DNA from: Oculina patagonica
Taxonomy: Eukaryota
Length of the DNA stretch: 64,000 nucleotides
Reading direction: 5' to 3'
NCBI RefSeq assembly: GCF_052425735.1
Contig: NC_135763.1
Coordinates: forward strand, 5,518,001 to 5,582,000
Below, in pieces: positions 60,381-64,000 of the stretch; the stretch's first letter is position 1, and each line of letters starts with the position of its first letter. The notes beneath the pieces were generated by a model, which saw only the letters and a program-made list of their open reading frames with translations, was not told the DNA's origin and searched no databases. The translations under genes and the position numbers were made by a program.

Positions 60381-63274
60381 ACAATTAGCCAGAAAGCAGG
60401 CTCCTGATCCGATCGGCGCGCGAAGCAAGGCGAAGAGAGCCTGTTCACAGGCTAAACTAAATTCTTCACTGGATATCTGTCTACAATTTTCTTAAAAATT
60501 AAAAAAAGGAGAAAACTAATCATGCGAACTTGGAATTTAAAACAATAAGGATCGGCGAGCATTTTTTTAGTTCGTCTAATAATTCGTCTGTGTATAAATG
60601 CGGGCAAACAGATGGATCATCCGTCCAGACGAACTATCTTCGTAATTCGTCTGCCAAGACGAACTAGCCAGATAGTTCGTCTGGACCGGATGATCCGTAT
60701 TTTTTGCCCGTGTTTAAACACGGACGAATTATCAGACGAACTAAAAAATGCTCGCCTAATAAAAAATGCAAGTTCGTCCAGACAGATCAACCGTATCTAG
60801 TATAAATCGAGCCATTTAAAGAGGGAATCGACAAACAGTAAAAAATGATCAACTGGCGGCCCTCAAATGACAAATTAATATATGTAGTTTAAAGACTAAC
60901 AGGAGTTTCAGTGTAAAGTATCATCATACATTTCAAGTCGTTATTTGTTTGTCTTTTGACTCGCCCTTTGAGCACGCCAAATTACTGCAAGACGCACACA
61001 AATGTACAACCATACCAGCAACTATGATGTGTAAAAATATATATGTATGAACACTGATATAAATAAGTACACTGCAATTCTTTCAAAAAGGGGTTTTAAT
61101 TATGTAGGAATAATTAAGGGATGGTTTCTTGTAGCAAGCATGTTTTTAAGTTTACTGAGTGCAAAGGCAAAAATTCTTATACTACACCCTTGAAATCAAA
61201 TGTATTCTGGATATTAAGGACCGTTTTTTTTTTTCACTTGTAGGTTGTCTTTGGGTTTGATCAGTATACCTCAGGTTCAGACGTTGATTCGGCAATTGCC
61301 AACGTTAGGCTGATCGGTGGTAACTGCAACGCAGCTGCGGCTATTAAAGAATCTAAGTCGACGCTGTTTGCCGGTAATGCTGCGGGGCGATCTCGTATTT
61401 TGATTGTACTCATGGCTGGAAGATCTTCAGAACCTGACATGTCAAGTGTTGCTGGGTCTTTGAGAGCGATGGGAATCAAGATTATTGCTGTTGGATTTGG
61501 TGGTTCGTATGATCGGTCACAGCTTTCAACGATGGCATCTTCTTCGTCCCATATCCTGACAAGTTCAACATTTAATTTGGCTGGGGTTTCCCAAGGCGTG
61601 GGTGCCCTAATAACGAAAGGTACATGAAAAATAAAATAAATGTGAATGAAAGGCAATTGTACGGTGAATTCAAAATATCAGTGTGAAGTCAAAATTATCA
61701 TCTGAGTGACTGGACTCAGTGGAGTAAAATTCAGGGAGTAAAGGAGCGAGTACGGTAATTTAAAAATCGCTCAAAAGAACAGCGGGATGCCAATTTTAAA
61801 TTACGAGCACGATTACTCTCCGAGTAGCCTGCGTCGCATCCGAACGTGTCACAAAACCTCGGTATTTAGTTCGTCTGCAACGCAGCCTACTCTCCGAGCT
61901 ATACGATACGAGGTCCAATTTATAAATTAACCTTCTTATAAACAAATTTTAAAACAAGGGAACCTCTGAGGCCCTCTTTTGTGCAAACAGACTCGATGGT
62001 ATATTTATTTAGTTCAACAACTTAGATTATAAGCACGAATAAAAGCTAAAATTCACCCCTCAAGTGCGCATAAGATTTTCGCGACAACGGCGTTCACCTA
62101 CAGGTATCTAATTACAACAAAAGCTGTACATATCGAGATGTGAAGTTTGCATATCAATGCATTATCATCATTTTTTTTTCCTTTCAGAAAGCGGAATCAT
62201 ACTCAGAGGTGGTTCACTAGTTGTAGGAGGAGGTTTGTATTTTTCATTTCTTCTCGGCTTTCTTTTTTGGCAATATATCAGTTTATCATTATCCGATCAT
62301 CACTGCAAAGAACCAAATATTCTAACACATTCTTTTGTGTGTTTATCCAATTTTGGAATAAGGATAGCATTCAGTCGCATTCTGGTTAAATACCATCTGC
62401 ATGTAATAATCTTACCAACTGACTGACTGACTGACTGACTGACTGACTGACTGACTGACTGACTGACTGACTGACTGACTGACTGACTGACTGACCTTAT
62501 GAGTCTTATAGACTAACTGACGTAACAACTTAATAACGAACTGACTTTACGTCTGACTGACCGAGCGGCCAACTGATATACTCAGAACCCTACGGTGTAA
62601 TTAAAGTGCAATATAATCATATTGTTTGACGAAACTGCATTTATAACGTTTTGTGAATATTAGGCTGAATATTAGCTTGTGAAAAAAACAACAATTTCTT
62701 TTACTTCAATTTTCAGCCTGTAAAACTAAGAAAGTTGACCTCGCATTCCTAATTGATGGTTCTGGAAGCATAAACCACTATGGCGCAGGCAATTTTCAAA
62801 AGTGTTTGGAATTTGTGAAATCCCTAACAAGGGCCTTCGTTATTTCTCCAACGGAAACAAGGGTCGGGGCGATCGTCTTTTCATACCGCAGTCAGCTTCA
62901 ATTCAGCTTTGATCAGCATAAGACACAACAAGCTGTGGAGGCAGCGATTGGGCGCATAAAATATCCTGGATATTCCACATACGCTGGTAGAGGACTGAAA
63001 ATGACGGCTGAAAAACTTTTCAGCGACTTTAGGGAAGATGTTCCTCGTGTACTTGTTGTCATAACAGACGGGTTTTCCAGTGACGACGTTGTTAAACCTT
63101 CTGAAGAGCTTAGAGATGCAGGGATTATTATAATATCAGTTGGTCTTGGCACACACTACAACAAGGCACAGCTATTTGCTATGGCCAGTACCCCACAAGA
63201 AGAACACGTTTTTGCGGTTGAGTTTTCGCAAATGGCCAATGTAGTCAGGGCCGTGCAGGACAAGTTCTGCAAAG
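53533..63274 (+). CDS. Gene F (3'-partial): secreted multi-VWA protein (matrilin/collagen VI-like, at least 4 VWA)
   Basis: Exons 53533-53617 (MNMKLHFLLVWSVLVYCNCSSA signal peptide), 54497-54661, 55012-55578, 56428-56457, 56903-56938, 57943-58103, 58930-59305, 59413-59454, 59873-60030, 61244-61619, 62188-62232, 62717-63274; all phase-compatible; continues beyond the window. Confidence 0.85.
54213..54343. mobile_element. Mini-MITE TAG...CTA with 9-bp TSD
   Basis: cgtgtactg|tagcctgcacaacaggcgg ... ccgcctgttctgcaggcta|cgtgtactg. Confidence 0.9.
55012..55578 (+). CDS. Gene F VWA1 (intact MIDAS)
   Basis: ECKTQVDLGFLIDGSGSV...GYRTNTG...VLVVITDG...DKLCQ g|gttagg; 567 nt. Confidence 0.92.
55586..55672. 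mobile_element. Mini-MITE TAG...CTA with 9-bp TSD overlapping a splice donor
   Basis: aggttagga|tagtccagtccctgaac ... gttcaggaactggacta|aggttagga. Confidence 0.9.
57424..57811. mobile_element. PIF/Harbinger-like MITE, copy 2, with 3-bp TGA TSD
   Basis: tga|ggacccgtccacactgacctgggtaaattt ... aaatttacccgggttaatgtggacagggcc|tga. Confidence 0.8.
57943..59305 (+). CDS. Gene F VWA2, split by a phase-0 intron (57943-58103 + 58930-59305)
   Basis: GGLDLAIMVDASMS...YRVK | IVFGFNQY...ILLVLIAGQSNDDV...LISQ. Confidence 0.85.
58690..58900 (+). mobile_element. Degenerate SINE family 1 fragment
   Basis: tgtgctcttgggcaaaa...tactctcatagtg...gtataaatgggtacc...gctaatgaaaccg...aaactccggc. Confidence 0.6.
59873..61619 (+). 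CDS. Gene F VWA3, split by a phase-0 intron (59873-60030 + 61244-61619)
   Basis: GGSDLAFIVDASSS...SHVQ | VVFGFDQY...ILIVLMAGRSS...LITK. Confidence 0.85.
60554..60756. mobile_element. Palindromic MITE
   Basis: ggcgagcattttttt-agttcgtct ... agacgaactaaaaaatgctcgcc; near full-length foldback. Confidence 0.8.
61825..61889. mobile_element. Mini-MITE TAG...CTA with 9-bp TSD
   Basis: ctctccgag|tagcctgcgtcgca ... tgcaacgcagccta|ctctccgag. Confidence 0.88.
62418..62494. repeat. (ACTG)n microsatellite
   Basis: About 19 perfect tetramer units. Confidence 0.95.
62717..63274 (+). CDS. Gene F VWA4 (intact MIDAS; close paralogue of VWA1)
   Basis: ACKTKKVDLAFLIDGSGSINHYGAGNFQKC...VLVVITDG...DKFCK g|gtaaga; 558 nt. 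Confidence 0.92.
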
Positions 63275-64000
63275 GTAAGATCAACACTATATTTGTCTCA
63301 TCATATATATAAGCCATAAACTTTTATCACTCGCGTTAGAGGATCGGGTAAGTAGCAGTGCATTTCATAGACTTGCTCCAAGTCGACCTCGTAAAAATGA
63401 TAGCGAGCGATATGATAGCGATAGCCAGCGAGCATACAGTTTTAATACATTGTTTATTTTTTAATTGTATTTTTTGCCTCGAACGCAGTGGAGCACTATT
63501 AAAGAATTTTGGAGAGTTTGACTCTTAGAAAAATCAAGCTCATTTAACGGCATATGTTATAAAACAAACGAACGCTAATGTAGCCACATCACACATCACA
63601 TCAGCTTAATTTAAACCTCCTGATTATGAGAGCAATCAATATTAATCGTAATACATCGTCGATTATAATTCAAAAATTTAAGGTATATATCACGTCTATT
63701 CGCCATCTCACTGAGAATTAAATCGTTCAATTATTGTTTGGTTGCCAAACGCGTAGGTTTAGAGGTAAAGAAAGGGTTAGAGTAAAATATTTCGTGCGTA
63801 AGCCATCACATGTACACCCTCTGTTTTCTAGTTTACGAAAATGGTTTATTTGAAATACGGAGGAGATAAAGTATTATCATTTCAGGCTTTTAGAATAAAA
63901 CGCCAAGTTTAACAAAGTACAAAAAAAGTAAAGTACAATTAGTACGACAGTTAAAATTTCTTGTTTAGAAGGTAGCAATGAAGATAGTCTTTTGGTCTTT

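Noticed and set aside
526-63274. Calling these genes true collagen VI (COL6A) or one single giant gene
   Set aside because: No Gly-X-Y triple helix in the window; five separate signal-peptide exons and in-frame terminal stops indicate multiple genes.

Overview
AT-rich, intron-rich animal genomic DNA, most consistent with an anthozoan cnidarian, probably a stony coral (inferred from ShKT, VWA and Cys/Pro modules and the repeat landscape; not proven). Walking GT-AG sites and reading phases by hand resolves a tandem, all-plus-strand cluster of six predicted secreted-protein genes; the ORF track misses many of their exons. A: 5'-truncated, at least 8 degenerate VWA domains plus ShKT, ends near 18722. 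B (19342-28014): signal peptide, basic region, Cys/Pro-rich minicollagen-like region, ShKT. C (29628-32116) and E (46119-48672): small signal peptide + pro-region + ShKT precursors. D (34220-44705): signal peptide, 2 VWA, acidic linker, Gly-Asn repeat, mucin-like and His-containing repeats, ShKT. F (53533 to beyond 63274): signal peptide and at least 4 VWA, 3'-truncated. Genes A-E all carry a near-terminal ShKT exon of exactly 130 nt (phase 1-2) with identical Cys spacing, attached to very different cargo. Introns contain tRNA-derived SINEs, many MITEs and foldback elements, a LINE 3' fragment, two assembly gaps and some low-quality homopolymer-rich sequence. Gene models are manual predictions without RNA evidence.
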